The notes: a model not told the origin generated them from the letters alone. Counted from the first letter of the stretch, positions 1 to 9,951 are shown. The stretch: DNA of 64,000 nucleotides from Candidatus Kaiserbacteria bacterium (GCA_027083345.1 JALWOZ010000010.1:7301-71300); one strand, 5' to 3'. Numbers and translations: made by a program.

Positions 1-1
1 A

Positions 2-1456
2 GAAGAGCCCGAAGTAGCGAAAGAGCTTGAGGATCAATTTAACAAAGATGGTATTACCTTTATAGGCAATGCTTACATAAAAGAATTTACAAAAGATGGC
101 GAAGCTATTTTTGAAATAAAAAAAGAAGATAAAATTATAAATACAATTAAAATTCCTAATGACGCTGTTTTAATATCAATAGGTAGAATAGCAAATACTC
201 AGATAAACCTTGAGAAAGCTGGGGTAAAATATACAAAATATGGCATAACAACAAATAGGAAATATAGGACCAATATAAACCATATTTTTGCAATAGGCGA
301 TGTTACAGACAGGCTAAAATTTACTCATGTAGCAGATGATGCCGCCAGGAATGTAATAAAACAAATATTAATACCTTTACCTATTTTTACTAAAATAAGA
401 GTAGTACCTAAAGTTACTTACACCGATCCTGAACTGGCCCAAGTTGGTTTGTCCTATAAACAAGCGATAAAAGATTATGGAGAAAACTCAATAATAAAAA
501 TAGTAGTACCTTTTGCAAAGATAGTAGACAGATCCAGGATAGATGGTACAGGCGGAGTGCTAGTTATAATAGCTAAGCGGTTATCAGGTAGGATTCTAGG
601 AGGGCATATAGCACATGCACGCGGAGGAGATATGCTAGCCTTTTTAACTTTAGCTATTAAAAGTAGACAATCTATGTGGAAGTTAAATAATATGATATTC
701 CCTTACCCGAGTTACTCTCAAGTATTTAAAAAAGCATCGGACCAATTTTTAACAGAAACTATTAAAACTATTAAGGTAGACATATTAAACTTATTTAAAA
801 AACATTTTACTAAAATATCTGCTTTAATATTTTGGGGAATACTATTATATATATTTAACTCATATAAAGTGGCTCATGGTCTAGATACTAAAGAACTATC
901 CATAATGTTAGCCAGTTTTATCACTAGTACACTTTGGGGTCCCTTAATCTATATGCTATTTTATATATTTCGGCCACTTATACTCTTCCCCGCTGTATTG
1001 CTTACTACCCTGTCTGGGGTTATGTTTGGGTTTTGGGGAGGATTTATATTTACAATGATAGGAGAGAATCTCTCAGCCAGCTTTGTGTATTTAATAGGAC
1101 GTTTCTTTGGCAAAAATATACAATTTAAAGATACATTTATAGGGCCAATGGTTACTAAAATCTGCAACGAGACTTTTATATCTGTTTTACTAGCTCGTTT
1201 TTTGTTCTTCCCCTTTGATTTGACTAACTTAGCTTGTGGAGCCATGAAGGCCAGGTGGCGTAGTTACGCCCTAGCAACGTTCATAGGTATAATTCCAGGC
1301 ATGAGTACATTTATTGCTCTTGGAGCCAGTTTTGAGAATGTCTCTGACTTTGACTTATCTATGTTGCATATAAATAGTACGACCTTATTAGTCTCCATCA
1401 CTCTATTTGTTTTTACCTTAACATTAGCAAAAGCGTTACGTAAATATCATAAATAA
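2..1456 (+). CDS. FAD-dependent pyridine nucleotide-disulfide oxidoreductase (MerA/Lpd-like C-terminal region, 5'-truncated by window edge) fused to a C-terminal DedA/TVP38 (SNARE-associated) membrane domain
   Basis: Frame 2 stays open from the window start into the ATG-bounded ORF at 449. The upstream translation contains the AIGDV FAD motif (IFAIGDVTDRLKFTHVADDAARN) and a dimerisation-domain-like region (GGHIAHARGGDMLAF...IFPYPSY). Residues about 150-335 are polytopic membrane with DedA-like segments. There is no C-terminal CC pair as in true MerA. Confidence 0.55.
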   Translation, partial: EEPEVAKELEDQFNKDGITFIGNAYIKEFTKDGEAIFEIKKEDKIINTIKIPNDAVLISIGRIANTQINLEKAGVKYTKYGITTNRKYRTNINHIFAIGDVTDRLKFTHVADDAARNVIKQILIPLPIFTKIRVVPKVTYTDPELAQVGLSYKQAIKDYGENSIIKIVVPFAKIVDRSRIDGTGGVLVIIAKRLSGRILGGHIAHARGGDMLAFLTLAIKSRQSMWKLNNMIFPYPSYSQVFKKASDQFLTETIKTIKVDILNLFKKHFTKISALIFWGILLYIFNSYKVAHGLDTKELSIMLASFITSTLWGPLIYMLFYIFRPLILFPAVLLTTLSGVMFGFWGGFIFTMIGENLSASFVYLIGRFFGKNIQFKDTFIGPMVTKICNETFISVLLARFLFFPFDLTNLACGAMKARWRSYALATFIGIIPGMSTFIALGASFENVSDFDLSMLHINSTTLLVSITLFVFTLTLAKALRKYHK

Positions 1457-1462
1457 TAGAAA

Positions 1463-1915
1463 CTAAAGTACTTCAACATTCCTCTTTAGCCACATAAATA
1501 TAGCTAACGTAGCCAAACAAAAAGTAATGATGGCAGAGATGATGCAATAAAAGCAAAAAGCTTTAATTACAAAAGCTTGCAAGTATATAAAATATATAGA
1601 ATCTAAAGCTCCAAATATAGTCATTGCTAATACCACGTCTCTCAGTCTAGGTATACTCACTTTATATATAAGCAAAAGACTTATTATAAACATCACCATA
1701 TAAAACAACAACCCTAAATAAGCTAGTGGTACACCAAACATAACAGCATAAGGACTAGACTCAACAATGCCACAACCACTAAGTCCATTGCAAAACATCT
1801 TGTCTATATGCATATACCTCGTATAACTAAGATATATCGTATCTAATAAACCCAATAAACTAAAACCTAAAAATAAAGTATTTAGAGATGGTACTTGTAT
1901 TTTCTTAAAACTCAT
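1463..1915 (-). CDS. vitamin K epoxide reductase (VKOR) family protein (DsbB-analogue)
   Basis: 150 aa with 4-5 TM segments and a CFYC redox motif in the last TM. An N-terminal conserved Cys pair region (CNGLSGCG) is typical of bacterial VKOR. Confidence 0.65.
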   Translation of the reverse strand: MSFKKIQVPSLNTLFLGFSLLGLLDTIYLSYTRYMHIDKMFCNGLSGCGIVESSPYAVMFGVPLAYLGLLFYMVMFIISLLLIYKVSIPRLRDVVLAMTIFGALDSIYFIYLQAFVIKAFCFYCIISAIITFCLATLAIFMWLKRNVEVL

Positions 1916-1918
1916 ATT

Positions 1919-2698
1919 TTATTTTCTTAATTTATAACCTGTTCTAAATATTACACTTATAATCACCATAAGAACTCCTGCTAGTATAGATATAAGTAAC
2001 ATAGACAATGCAGGATGCACATCTGTTATTCCATAAAAAGACCAACGCAAGCCATTTATCATATATACTAAAGGGTTAAACAGAGCTATATGTTGCCAAA
2101 AACTTGGAAGCATCTTCAAAGAATAAAATATACCTCCTAAAAACGACATGGGAGTAATAACAAAAGAAGGCACTAATTGAAACTGCTCAAAAGTGTTGGC
2201 CCATAAACCTACTATAAATCCAAATAAGGCAAATATCATAGACACTATTATAGAGAAAGATAATGCCCATATGGGGTGTAGGATGTGTAAAGGAGTAAAA
2301 AATAATGCTACTATAAAAATAATAAATCCTATCATCACTGCGCGAGTTGTAGCAGACAATATATAGCCTAATGTAATCTCTACATATGATAAAGGAGCAG
2401 ACAACATCTCATATATCGTATTAGTAAATTTAGCAAAAAATATGCCAGAAGCTGCTGCTGAAAAGCTATTAATTAATAAAGCCATCATTATAAGTCCGGG
2501 AACTATAAACTGCATATAAGACACACCATTTATTCCGCTGATCCTATTACCTAATGCTGCCCCAAATACTACAAAATATAAAGTAGTCGTAAGTACGGGG
2601 AAAGCTATAGACTGAAATATTACTCTTTTGGTACGCGACATCTCTTTTATATATATAGTCCAGAGCCCAAGCCAATTGATGTTTTTAAAATTACTCAT
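1919..2698 (-). CDS. ABC-2 type transporter permease
   Basis: 259 aa with 6 predicted TMs. It overlaps the upstream ABC ATPase gene by 8 nt (translational coupling). Confidence 0.6.
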   Translation of the reverse strand: MSNFKNINWLGLWTIYIKEMSRTKRVIFQSIAFPVLTTTLYFVVFGAALGNRISGINGVSYMQFIVPGLIMMALLINSFSAAASGIFFAKFTNTIYEMLSAPLSYVEITLGYILSATTRAVMIGFIIFIVALFFTPLHILHPIWALSFSIIVSMIFALFGFIVGLWANTFEQFQLVPSFVITPMSFLGGIFYSLKMLPSFWQHIALFNPLVYMINGLRWSFYGITDVHPALSMLLISILAGVLMVIISVIFRTGYKLRK

Positions 2699-3425
2699 TT
2701 TTATCTTTTACTAAATTTACATAAATGTCTTCTAAACTTTTACCCTTATGCTCTGCAACTAGACTCTCTTTTTCTTTTATAAATTCTAATTTACCTTTGT
2801 TTATGAGGGCAACTCTATCAGAGAGTCTTTCAGCCTCCTCAAGATAGTGAGTGGTTAAGATTATCGTCATTCCTTCTTTATTTAGATCTTTAACTAAAGA
2901 TATTAACTCTCGCCTTAACTCTACGTCTACTCCGGCTGTTGGCTCGTCTAAAAACAAAACTTCTGGTTCACTGACTAGGGCACGAGCCAAAAGTACTCTC
3001 CTCTTCATACCGCCTGAGAGCTTGAATATCTTTTCGTCTTTCTTATTTAAGATAGATAACTTAGATAGTATCTCTTTATAAAGCTCTTCATCTTGTTTTT
3101 TACCAAAATAACCTCTAGTATATCTAAGTACATCTATAACAGTAGCAAAGTGTTCTAGAAATATCTCTTGTGGGACTAACCCTATTAATTGGCGAGAGTC
3201 TCTATAGTCTTTCTTAATATCGTAACCTCTAACGGTTACTGAGCCTTTAGTGGGTTCTACTAGACCACATATTGTATTTATAAGAGTAGTCTTACCGGCT
3301 CCATTAGGTCCTAATAGCGCAAGTATCTCCCCTTTATTTACTTGTAAAGTAACATTATCGAGAGCCATCAACTCTCGACGGGTGCCTTTATTATAAATCT
3401 TGGTTAAATTAGTAACTTTTATCAT
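2691..3425 (-). CDS. ABC transporter ATP-binding protein
   Basis: Walker A GPNGAGKTT, signature LSGGMKRR, Walker B LFLDEPTAGVD, H-loop TTHYLEE. Confidence 0.85.
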   Translation of the reverse strand: MIKVTNLTKIYNKGTRRELMALDNVTLQVNKGEILALLGPNGAGKTTLINTICGLVEPTKGSVTVRGYDIKKDYRDSRQLIGLVPQEIFLEHFATVIDVLRYTRGYFGKKQDEELYKEILSKLSILNKKDEKIFKLSGGMKRRVLLARALVSEPEVLFLDEPTAGVDVELRRELISLVKDLNKEGMTIILTTHYLEEAERLSDRVALINKGKLEFIKEKESLVAEHKGKSLEDIYVNLVKDKNE

Positions 3426-3432
3426 CCTACCT

Positions 3433-3954
3433 TTACATAAATAAACTATATATAAAATGCACTGTTGGGTCTATATTGGGACCGTAAACAATACTTGCTC
3501 CCAATGCTCCTGTTATGGTTACAAGCACTAAGCCTACAACCGCCAAAAACAAGCGCACATTTGACAACATAACAAAATCTGCCAATTTACGACCATATTT
3601 AAATAATGAGTCAATGCTAGAATGTACCTTAATTAGCCGCTTACTCCAACCTAGAGCATCTAATACTCTCAATGTATAACCACCGGCCAATAACCCGAAT
3701 ACTGCTACAGTAAGTTGTGCAAATGTCTCGTGAACCTCAACTATATCCCCCTTGTCTACCAAATGACTAGCTATTCCGCCTGTTATTAGAGTAGGTAAGG
3801 CACTCAATATACCTAATATTATAAATACAGATTTAGTGTGCTCTATGCCAGTTCTAAACTTTTGGTTTTTTATAAATAGGGTGATAAATTCAAAAAAGAC
3901 AAATAAAACAAACAGGGCTATGGGGAAGTGCACAAACAAAGGATGAATATTCAT
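3433..3954 (-). CDS. membrane protein, DUF2231-like
   Basis: N-terminal HPLFVHFPIAL motif and 4 TMs. Confidence 0.35.
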   Translation of the reverse strand: MNIHPLFVHFPIALFVLFVFFEFITLFIKNQKFRTGIEHTKSVFIILGILSALPTLITGGIASHLVDKGDIVEVHETFAQLTVAVFGLLAGGYTLRVLDALGWSKRLIKVHSSIDSLFKYGRKLADFVMLSNVRLFLAVVGLVLVTITGALGASIVYGPNIDPTVHFIYSLFM

Positions 3955-4041
3955 ATAGATTTTATTATATTTGATAATATATTAAACAATTGCCACTATA
4001 ATATCATATTACCAAATAAACACTAATGTAATCTTATTTTA

Positions 4042-4674
4042 TTATAGCTTAGGTTTATAAGTTTTAATAAAATACACTGCATACAAAAATACCGACACAC
4101 TAAACAATGACACGACTACTTGCGTCCAAATAGGTAATACCGAAGCATACGAAAACAAAAATGCAAATGGAGATATCCCTACTATAGTCGTCCATATAAA
4201 TGTCTTATACGATATGGACGAAAATAAGCCTAAAGCATAACTCATAATATCTACCGGCATAGCAGTACGTAATAAAATTATCACAAAATATAAATGAAGT
4301 TTAGAAGAGTGTACCTCCAGATCTTTAATCTTTTTGCATATATTTAATTGTTGCAATTTACCGTGCCCATATTCTCTAGCTAGATAAAAAGCTATTATAG
4401 AGCCAATAAACCAACCTGTTATAGAGTATATGGCAGTAATAAATGGCCCAAAAGAATTCGCTGCCAAAGGCACCAAAAAACCCGAGCCAAGAGGAGCTAC
4501 CACTATAGATAAAATAGTTATACCGATATAAGCTATTGGTGCAAACATACTAGCTTTAAGCATCAGATTCTTAAGGTCATCAGAGTATATCTGAGAGAAT
4601 TGAGCAAGAACTACAAAAACCACTATAGACAAAATTCCGAAGAATATATAATTTGTTAATTTAAATTTATCCAT
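4042..4674 (-). CDS. DedA/TVP38/TMEM64 family membrane protein
   Basis: Segment VVAPLGSGFLVPLAANSFGPFITAIYSITGWFIGSIIAFYLAREYG, typical of a DedA core. Confidence 0.55.
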   Translation of the reverse strand: MDKFKLTNYIFFGILSIVVFVVLAQFSQIYSDDLKNLMLKASMFAPIAYIGITILSIVVAPLGSGFLVPLAANSFGPFITAIYSITGWFIGSIIAFYLAREYGHGKLQQLNICKKIKDLEVHSSKLHLYFVIILLRTAMPVDIMSYALGLFSSISYKTFIWTTIVGISPFAFLFSYASVLPIWTQVVVSLFSVSVFLYAVYFIKTYKPKL

Positions 4675-5212
4675 TACATACTAAAGACTCATCCATCTTT
4701 TTAACTAAAGAATATATAGAATATAATAATAAAGCTATACCAATTAATCCTAATTCTTCTCCTCCTAAAGGTAAAAAACTTAGCAATGCTCCCGCTCCTA
4801 ATAAACTTAACAATGAGGTTACTACAAAACTACCGCAAGCAGCACAGCCTATACCCAAAAATCCCGCAACCAAACCTCCTATACCCGTACCGAAAATTGG
4901 AGTCATATTTTTGGTTAGTTTTTGTCGACGCCTAACATAAAACGCCAACAAAGTGATGTTAATAGCAAACAAAATGGCTATGGTTAAAGTATAAAAGGCT
5001 GAAAATAAAGTAAAGTTAGTAGTTATAGCTCCGTAAAATGAAGCTATAAATTTAATTTTCCCCAAAACGCTTAAAGAGTTACTAGAGGCGACTTTAAGCA
5101 TTAACTCTCTGTTGGGGAAGAGTAAAGAAACACTTATTATTATGCTAGCTATCATAAAAGCTAACAAAAAATATAGAGGCTTAATTAAAACTCTACCAAT
5201 GACTTTAATCAT
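4667..5212 (-). CDS. Gly-rich polytopic membrane protein with CAAC (CxxC) motif, function unknown
   Basis: GIGGLVAGFLGIGCAACGSFVV glycine-zipper TM with a Cys pair. It lies immediately upstream of the DsbA-like gene. The start was taken at the internal Met to avoid overlap with the dsbA-like stop. Confidence 0.3.
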   Translation of the reverse strand: MIKVIGRVLIKPLYFLLAFMIASIIISVSLLFPNRELMLKVASSNSLSVLGKIKFIASFYGAITTNFTLFSAFYTLTIAILFAINITLLAFYVRRRQKLTKNMTPIFGTGIGGLVAGFLGIGCAACGSFVVTSLLSLLGAGALLSFLPLGGEELGLIGIALLLYSIYSLVKKMDESLVCNG

Positions 5213-5213
5213 A

Positions 5214-5939
5214 TTAATTATTACGTGCAAAGTCTAGCAATTGCTTTATAGCCTCTTTAGGTTGAGACCCATTTAATGGCAATGTCTTACCTGACGCTGT
5301 TATAACCACTCCCCAAGGAGTACCTCTACCACCAGTAGCTATAGCATTGTCTATATCGGCCTGTACATGTTTATCCATCTCTCCGCTAGATACACATTTA
5401 TCAAAATCACTTTTATTTACACCAGCTTCAGCTACTAAAGGAGGTACTACTTTATCATAAATGGTCCTATCATTAGATAATGTATCTCTAAAGTATCCAT
5501 CAGTAAACTTCCAAAAAGCATTATTACCACCAAGCTTATTAACGCATTCTGAAGCTACAGCAACCTTACGAGCATTACGAGGGTGCAATGAATCTAATGG
5601 GAAATGCCTATATACCCACGCCACATCCTTCTCTTCTTTTATTATTTCATTCATTGTACCGTGATGTCGTTTACAAAACGGGCATTCAAAGTCAGAATAT
5701 TCAACTATCGTAACCTTTGGATTTGTAGCGCCTTTGGTATGATCTGACTTATCTACCGGTCTTAATTTATTTGTAGTATCAACTTGTTGGTCATCAACAC
5801 TGGGAGCCACTGCCGTATTCGCACCTCTACCACCAGAAAAAAATACCGCTAAAGCTATAAATGCCCCCGCTATAACAATGGCTATGGGCACCGCATAACT
5901 ATTTTTTGTTTGTAATTTTTGTTCTTTTTGATTTTCCAT
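5214..5939 (-). CDS. DsbA-family thiol:disulfide oxidoreductase, membrane-anchored
   Basis: N-terminal TM anchor, then a thioredoxin fold with CPFC active site (VTIVEYSDFECPFCKRHH). Confidence 0.7.
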   Translation of the reverse strand: MENQKEQKLQTKNSYAVPIAIVIAGAFIALAVFFSGGRGANTAVAPSVDDQQVDTTNKLRPVDKSDHTKGATNPKVTIVEYSDFECPFCKRHHGTMNEIIKEEKDVAWVYRHFPLDSLHPRNARKVAVASECVNKLGGNNAFWKFTDGYFRDTLSNDRTIYDKVVPPLVAEAGVNKSDFDKCVSSGEMDKHVQADIDNAIATGGRGTPWGVVITASGKTLPLNGSQPKEAIKQLLDFARNN

Positions 5940-6052
5940 ATTATTTTACTATTTCTTAAATTTATTAATCTTAATTATAATTTTAACATACTTATTAACA
6001 TATATATTATTAAAATCCTTAATAACTCCAACTAATACTCTTCATAATAATT

Positions 6053-6469
6053 CTATACACTGCTTATTGCCCTTACCAATCTCTCTTGTGCGTTTAAAGC
6101 AACCTCGTCTAAACTTGCATTACCAACAGTCCTCATCATATTTACCGGTAGAACAGTCGAGACTCTTACCTCTCCAGCATCTTCATAAACTATTACATTA
6201 CATGGTAAAAATAGACCAATCTCCTTCTCTGCCCGCAACGCCCTGTCTGCTAATACTGGGTTACAAGCACCCAAGATAACGTAGTTGTCATACTCGGCTC
6301 CAATCTTCTCTTGCATTGTTGCCTTAATATCAATCTCAACCAATACTCCAAAGCCTTCAGTAGATAGTGCTTCTTTTACTTTCTCTACAGCCGTATTAAA
6401 GTCTAAATCAACACTTTTAGTGTGAGAGTAATCTGCATTATTTACACACTCTTTATTTGTATAATTCAT
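6053..6469 (-). CDS. DUF302 domain protein
   Basis: 138 aa. The GFGVLVEIDIKATM...YVILGACNP signature is typical of DUF302. From memory, this family often sits next to heavy-metal ATPases. Confidence 0.55.
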   Translation of the reverse strand: MNYTNKECVNNADYSHTKSVDLDFNTAVEKVKEALSTEGFGVLVEIDIKATMQEKIGAEYDNYVILGACNPVLADRALRAEKEIGLFLPCNVIVYEDAGEVRVSTVLPVNMMRTVGNASLDEVALNAQERLVRAISSV

Positions 6470-6489
6470 AATGTTTTTAATAATTTTTA

Positions 6490-8466
6490 TTAATTTAAAT
6501 TAACCCTCTTTAATAACATTGCATTTGCTACAACTATTACGGTTGAAAGACTCATGATAAATGCTCCTATCTCCGGTCTTAGATAAAACCCAGCAAATGC
6601 AAACACCCCCGCTGCAGCTGGTATAGCTACAATATTATAACCAAGCGCCCATATAAGATTTTCAACCATCTTTTTGTATACTGCTTTTGAGAGTTTAATT
6701 AATCGCACAATATCAAGCGGATTACTCCTGGTTAGCACCACATCCCCTGCCTCAACTGCCACATCAGTACCGGCCCCAATGGCTACACCAACATCAGCTT
6801 GGGTAAGTGCTGGAGCGTCATTAACTCCGTCTCCCACCATAAGCACCTTACTACCATCCTCCTGCAACTCTTTTATATATTTATATTTATCCTCCGGTAA
6901 TACGTCTGCATAATATTTATCTATGCCAAGCTCCCCTGCCACAGCCTGTGCTACTTGCGTATTATCCCCTGTGAGCATTACTGGAGTTACCCCCAACTCT
7001 TTTAACTGCTTTATTGCTTCTTTAGCCTCAGGCTTTATTGTGTCTGCCAAGAGTATAGTGCCTAGTAAATTCTCGATACTTGCTACATACACAATAGTGC
7101 CCTGCACATCCTCTTTAGGTACTTTGATATTATACTCCTCCATTAACTTGGCATTACCAACCAAATACTCCTTACCTCTCAATGAGCCAGTTAATCCCTT
7201 GCCTGCTATGTTTTTAAAATTCTCTACATCTTTAATGTCAACACCATCGTCTTTAGCCTTATTTACAATAGTCTGAGCAATAACGTGAGAAGAGTATTGC
7301 TCAAAAGAAGCCGCTACACACAACAGCTCTGCATAACTTACTCCCTCTTGAGGAGTTATACTAGCAATGCCAAATACTCCCTCTGTGAGGGTACCTGTTT
7401 TATCAAATACTACTACATTTGCCTTTTTAACCACCTCAAGTTTAGAGAGATCTTTAACGAAAAAGCCGCTCTTGGTAGAGAGACTTGTGGCTATTGTTGT
7501 AACAGTTGGTATCGCTAAGCCCAATGCATGAGGACAAGCAATAACAAGTACCGTTATAGCCAGCGTAACACCAAAGACAAAAGGTTGCCCAAGCAAGAAT
7601 GTCCACACAACTAGAGTAAGGAGCGCCGTGATACCAGCAACAACCGTTAGTACACTCGCAGCTTTATCTGCGAGTTTTTGTGAGGTTGGCTTGGTGTTTT
7701 GTGCTTGCTCTATCAGTTGCTGTATCTGCCCCACTGTAGAGTCAGCACCTACACGAGTCACACGCATAGTAAAGGTAGTATCTACTACTATTGATCCTGA
7801 GACCAAACCATCACCCACACCTTTATTAACCGGCTTAGACTCACCGGATATTAAAGATTCGTCTATGTGCCCCTCGCCTTTGGCGATCTCACCGTCTGCC
7901 GGTACTCTCTCTCCTGGCTTTATTAATACTATATCTCCAACTTTCAACTCTGAGACTTCAATATCTTTGACCTCTCCAGAGGAGGTTTGTAAATGCGCAA
8001 TTGAGGGTAAGAGCTTAGCCACCTCTTGCAAAGCATTACCCGCTGCTGAGCTAGATTTTGCCTCTAAATAATGCCCGAAGAGTAGCACCCATATTAAAGT
8101 TGAGATCTCAAGATAAAACTCAATCCCTAGTGATGGTACAAATGTAGATACCACGGAGAAAGCGTATCCAGCAAGTACAGCCATAGAGACGAGCGTCATC
8201 ATGCCTGGCTTTTTCATCTCAAGCTCCATCTTTGCATGCTTAAAGAAAACCAGAGAAAAGTAAAATATCACCGTAGCAAGTACAAATGATATATATCTGC
8301 CATACTCAAATACTGGTAACCCTAAAGCATTGGCCACCACCTCATTTAATCCAACCAGTGGTATGAGTAAGAAGGTTACAATCCAAAATTTGTGCAAAAA
8401 TTCATCGGCAGAGCCATGCCCCATCCCAGGTGATCCATGCTGACTATGACAAGAATGTTCTTTCAT
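6490..8466 (-). CDS. copB: copper-translocating P1B-type ATPase (CopB-like, CPH motif, His-rich N-terminus)
   Basis: DKTGTLT, GDGVNDAPAL, TM6 motif IACPHALGLA (CPH = P1B-3 subtype), N-terminal MKEHSCHSQHGSPGMGHGS His-rich metal-binding stretch. Confidence 0.85.
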   Translation of the reverse strand: MKEHSCHSQHGSPGMGHGSADEFLHKFWIVTFLLIPLVGLNEVVANALGLPVFEYGRYISFVLATVIFYFSLVFFKHAKMELEMKKPGMMTLVSMAVLAGYAFSVVSTFVPSLGIEFYLEISTLIWVLLFGHYLEAKSSSAAGNALQEVAKLLPSIAHLQTSSGEVKDIEVSELKVGDIVLIKPGERVPADGEIAKGEGHIDESLISGESKPVNKGVGDGLVSGSIVVDTTFTMRVTRVGADSTVGQIQQLIEQAQNTKPTSQKLADKAASVLTVVAGITALLTLVVWTFLLGQPFVFGVTLAITVLVIACPHALGLAIPTVTTIATSLSTKSGFFVKDLSKLEVVKKANVVVFDKTGTLTEGVFGIASITPQEGVSYAELLCVAASFEQYSSHVIAQTIVNKAKDDGVDIKDVENFKNIAGKGLTGSLRGKEYLVGNAKLMEEYNIKVPKEDVQGTIVYVASIENLLGTILLADTIKPEAKEAIKQLKELGVTPVMLTGDNTQVAQAVAGELGIDKYYADVLPEDKYKYIKELQEDGSKVLMVGDGVNDAPALTQADVGVAIGAGTDVAVEAGDVVLTRSNPLDIVRLIKLSKAVYKKMVENLIWALGYNIVAIPAAAGVFAFAGFYLRPEIGAFIMSLSTVIVVANAMLLKRVNLN

Positions 8467-8468
8467 AA

Positions 8469-8918
8469 TTATTTAATCTTATTTTGAGTAGCAGATGTAT
8501 AATACAAATTGATAACATCCTCATGTTGCATTGAATAGTCTCCAAGCTCTGTACTCTCCTTACCATTAACAGTCATCTTCTCAAATTCACCAAAATCGCT
8601 CATCATATCCTTACCCCAAATTTTAAAGAATTCCTTCAATTTAACTTGATTTTTAGTTACACGACCTCCAAACTCCATATGTATTAACCCCTTATTACTA
8701 TCATCGTGAGTATGTATCGGATTGTGTACAGCTCCTATACCTATATTTGCTGGTATCTCCTGCTCCTCTCCATCTACAAATATATGCAGCTCTGGATGCC
8801 AATGTATGCCACGAGTAGTCACGACATTTGGATCACTATTTTGTAATTTTGCTGACCATGCAAACAAGCCAAATATTGCAATAATTGCTACGATTATCCA
8901 TATTGTTGTTTTTAACAT
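8469..8918 (-). CDS. N-terminally anchored His-rich protein, putative extracytoplasmic metal-binding protein
   Basis: Single N-terminal TM, then a His-dense region HWHPELH...HNPIHTHDD. The gene sits between copB and the MerT-like gene in the same operon. Confidence 0.3.
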   Translation of the reverse strand: MLKTTIWIIVAIIAIFGLFAWSAKLQNSDPNVVTTRGIHWHPELHIFVDGEEQEIPANIGIGAVHNPIHTHDDSNKGLIHMEFGGRVTKNQVKLKEFFKIWGKDMMSDFGEFEKMTVNGKESTELGDYSMQHEDVINLYYTSATQNKIK

Positions 8919-8940
8919 AATTTTAAATTTATTATATTAA

Positions 8941-9177
8941 TTAGTTTTCTTTATCCGCCTCACTTTCTTGTGTAGACACTTTACCTTTATTACATGTGCA
9001 TCTCGTCTTGTACACATAATAACCAGCGCCTACCACTAATACCCAAAAGATTAAGTGTATAAAAAAACCAAAACCTCCCATATACATATAATGCCCCTGA
9101 CCCCAAGAGTCTCCCATCATATCTCCACCATAGTCATTATCTTGCTGCCCTCCATGTGCTTCTGCTATATTTAACAT
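8941..9177 (-). CDS. small Met/Gly/His-rich membrane protein
   Basis: 78 aa, HYMYMGGFGFF followed by one TM and a CTC motif. Operon position suggests metal handling. Confidence 0.25.
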   Translation of the reverse strand: MLNIAEAHGGQQDNDYGGDMMGDSWGQGHYMYMGGFGFFIHLIFWVLVVGAGYYVYKTRCTCNKGKVSTQESEADKEN

Positions 9178-9210
9178 AATTTTATTTTATTAATTTTTTA
9201 ATTTTCTATA

Positions 9211-9660
9211 TTATTTTACATTTGGTACAGGACACTTGTCTTCGGCATATTCACAAAAGACACAACAATTTTTACTGTCTTTTGGTGTGCTTATTACCTC
9301 ACCGCATCCATTACATTTATAGAATGGTTGACAATTGTTGGTGGGGATAGTCTCAACTTGCACATGTCCACACTTTGGACAAGTTATTTTGGTTTTTTTA
9401 TCTTTAATGTTGTCCTCTCGCTCCTTCTGTAACTCACAACTTGCACATTTACCTGTTTTATATTTATAAAATGAATAAATAGTTACCACCACCATAACTG
9501 CAAGAGCTGGTAAAAGGACATAATCTAAATATGGCGTAAATACACTCAAACCAATTGCCGCCAGCAATATTACTAGAACAGGAGTAAAGCAACAAAGGGC
9601 TATAGCGATAGTGCCGCCTATTACTCCGTATAATTTTCTTTTAGCTTTTTTCTTATTCAT
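9211..9660 (-). CDS. MerT/MerF-like metal transporter (vicinal Cys in TM1) fused to C-terminal Cys-rich zinc-ribbon-like domain
   Basis: TM1 ALCCFTPVLVILLAAIGLS matches the MerT CC-x-x-P-L-V-L-I-A-L-G signature. The C-terminal 70 aa carry CPKC..CNGC..CCVFC..C. Confidence 0.45.
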   Translation of the reverse strand: MNKKKAKRKLYGVIGGTIAIALCCFTPVLVILLAAIGLSVFTPYLDYVLLPALAVMVVVTIYSFYKYKTGKCASCELQKEREDNIKDKKTKITCPKCGHVQVETIPTNNCQPFYKCNGCGEVISTPKDSKNCCVFCEYAEDKCPVPNVK

Positions 9661-9663
9661 ATG

Positions 9664-9945
9664 CTACCTTTTTAATTTATAAACTTTCAACACTTCATTT
9701 ATCGCTCTGTTTTCTTCACTCTTCCTCCCGCTTTGCATCTGATCTTTAACACATGTATGCAAATGTTGCTCCAATATTGTGTCTTCAAAAGAGCGTAACG
9801 CATTACGCACTGCACTAGTTTGGGTTATTAAATCTATACAATAGCGACCATCGGTAACCATCTTTTGCAATCCTCGCACCTGCCCTTCAATCTTCTTAAG
9901 ACGTATACTGTACTTCTTTTTGTCTGCTTTTGAATAATCCATCAC
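9664..9945 (-). CDS. csoR: CsoR/RcnR family metal-sensing transcriptional repressor
   Basis: 93 aa, RLKKIEGQVRGLQKMV...RYCIDLITQTSAVRNAL...H..C: the C-H-C copper-ligand pattern of CsoR. Confidence 0.8.
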   Translation of the reverse strand: MMDYSKADKKKYSIRLKKIEGQVRGLQKMVTDGRYCIDLITQTSAVRNALRSFEDTILEQHLHTCVKDQMQSGRKSEENRAINEVLKVYKLKR

Positions 9946-9951
9946 AAATCA

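Noticed and set aside
6674-8071. Antisense ORFs within copB (e.g. 7628-8071, 6923-7276)
   Set aside because: They lie opposite a full-length P-type ATPase with all catalytic motifs. Their compositionally biased translations are typical of antisense frames.
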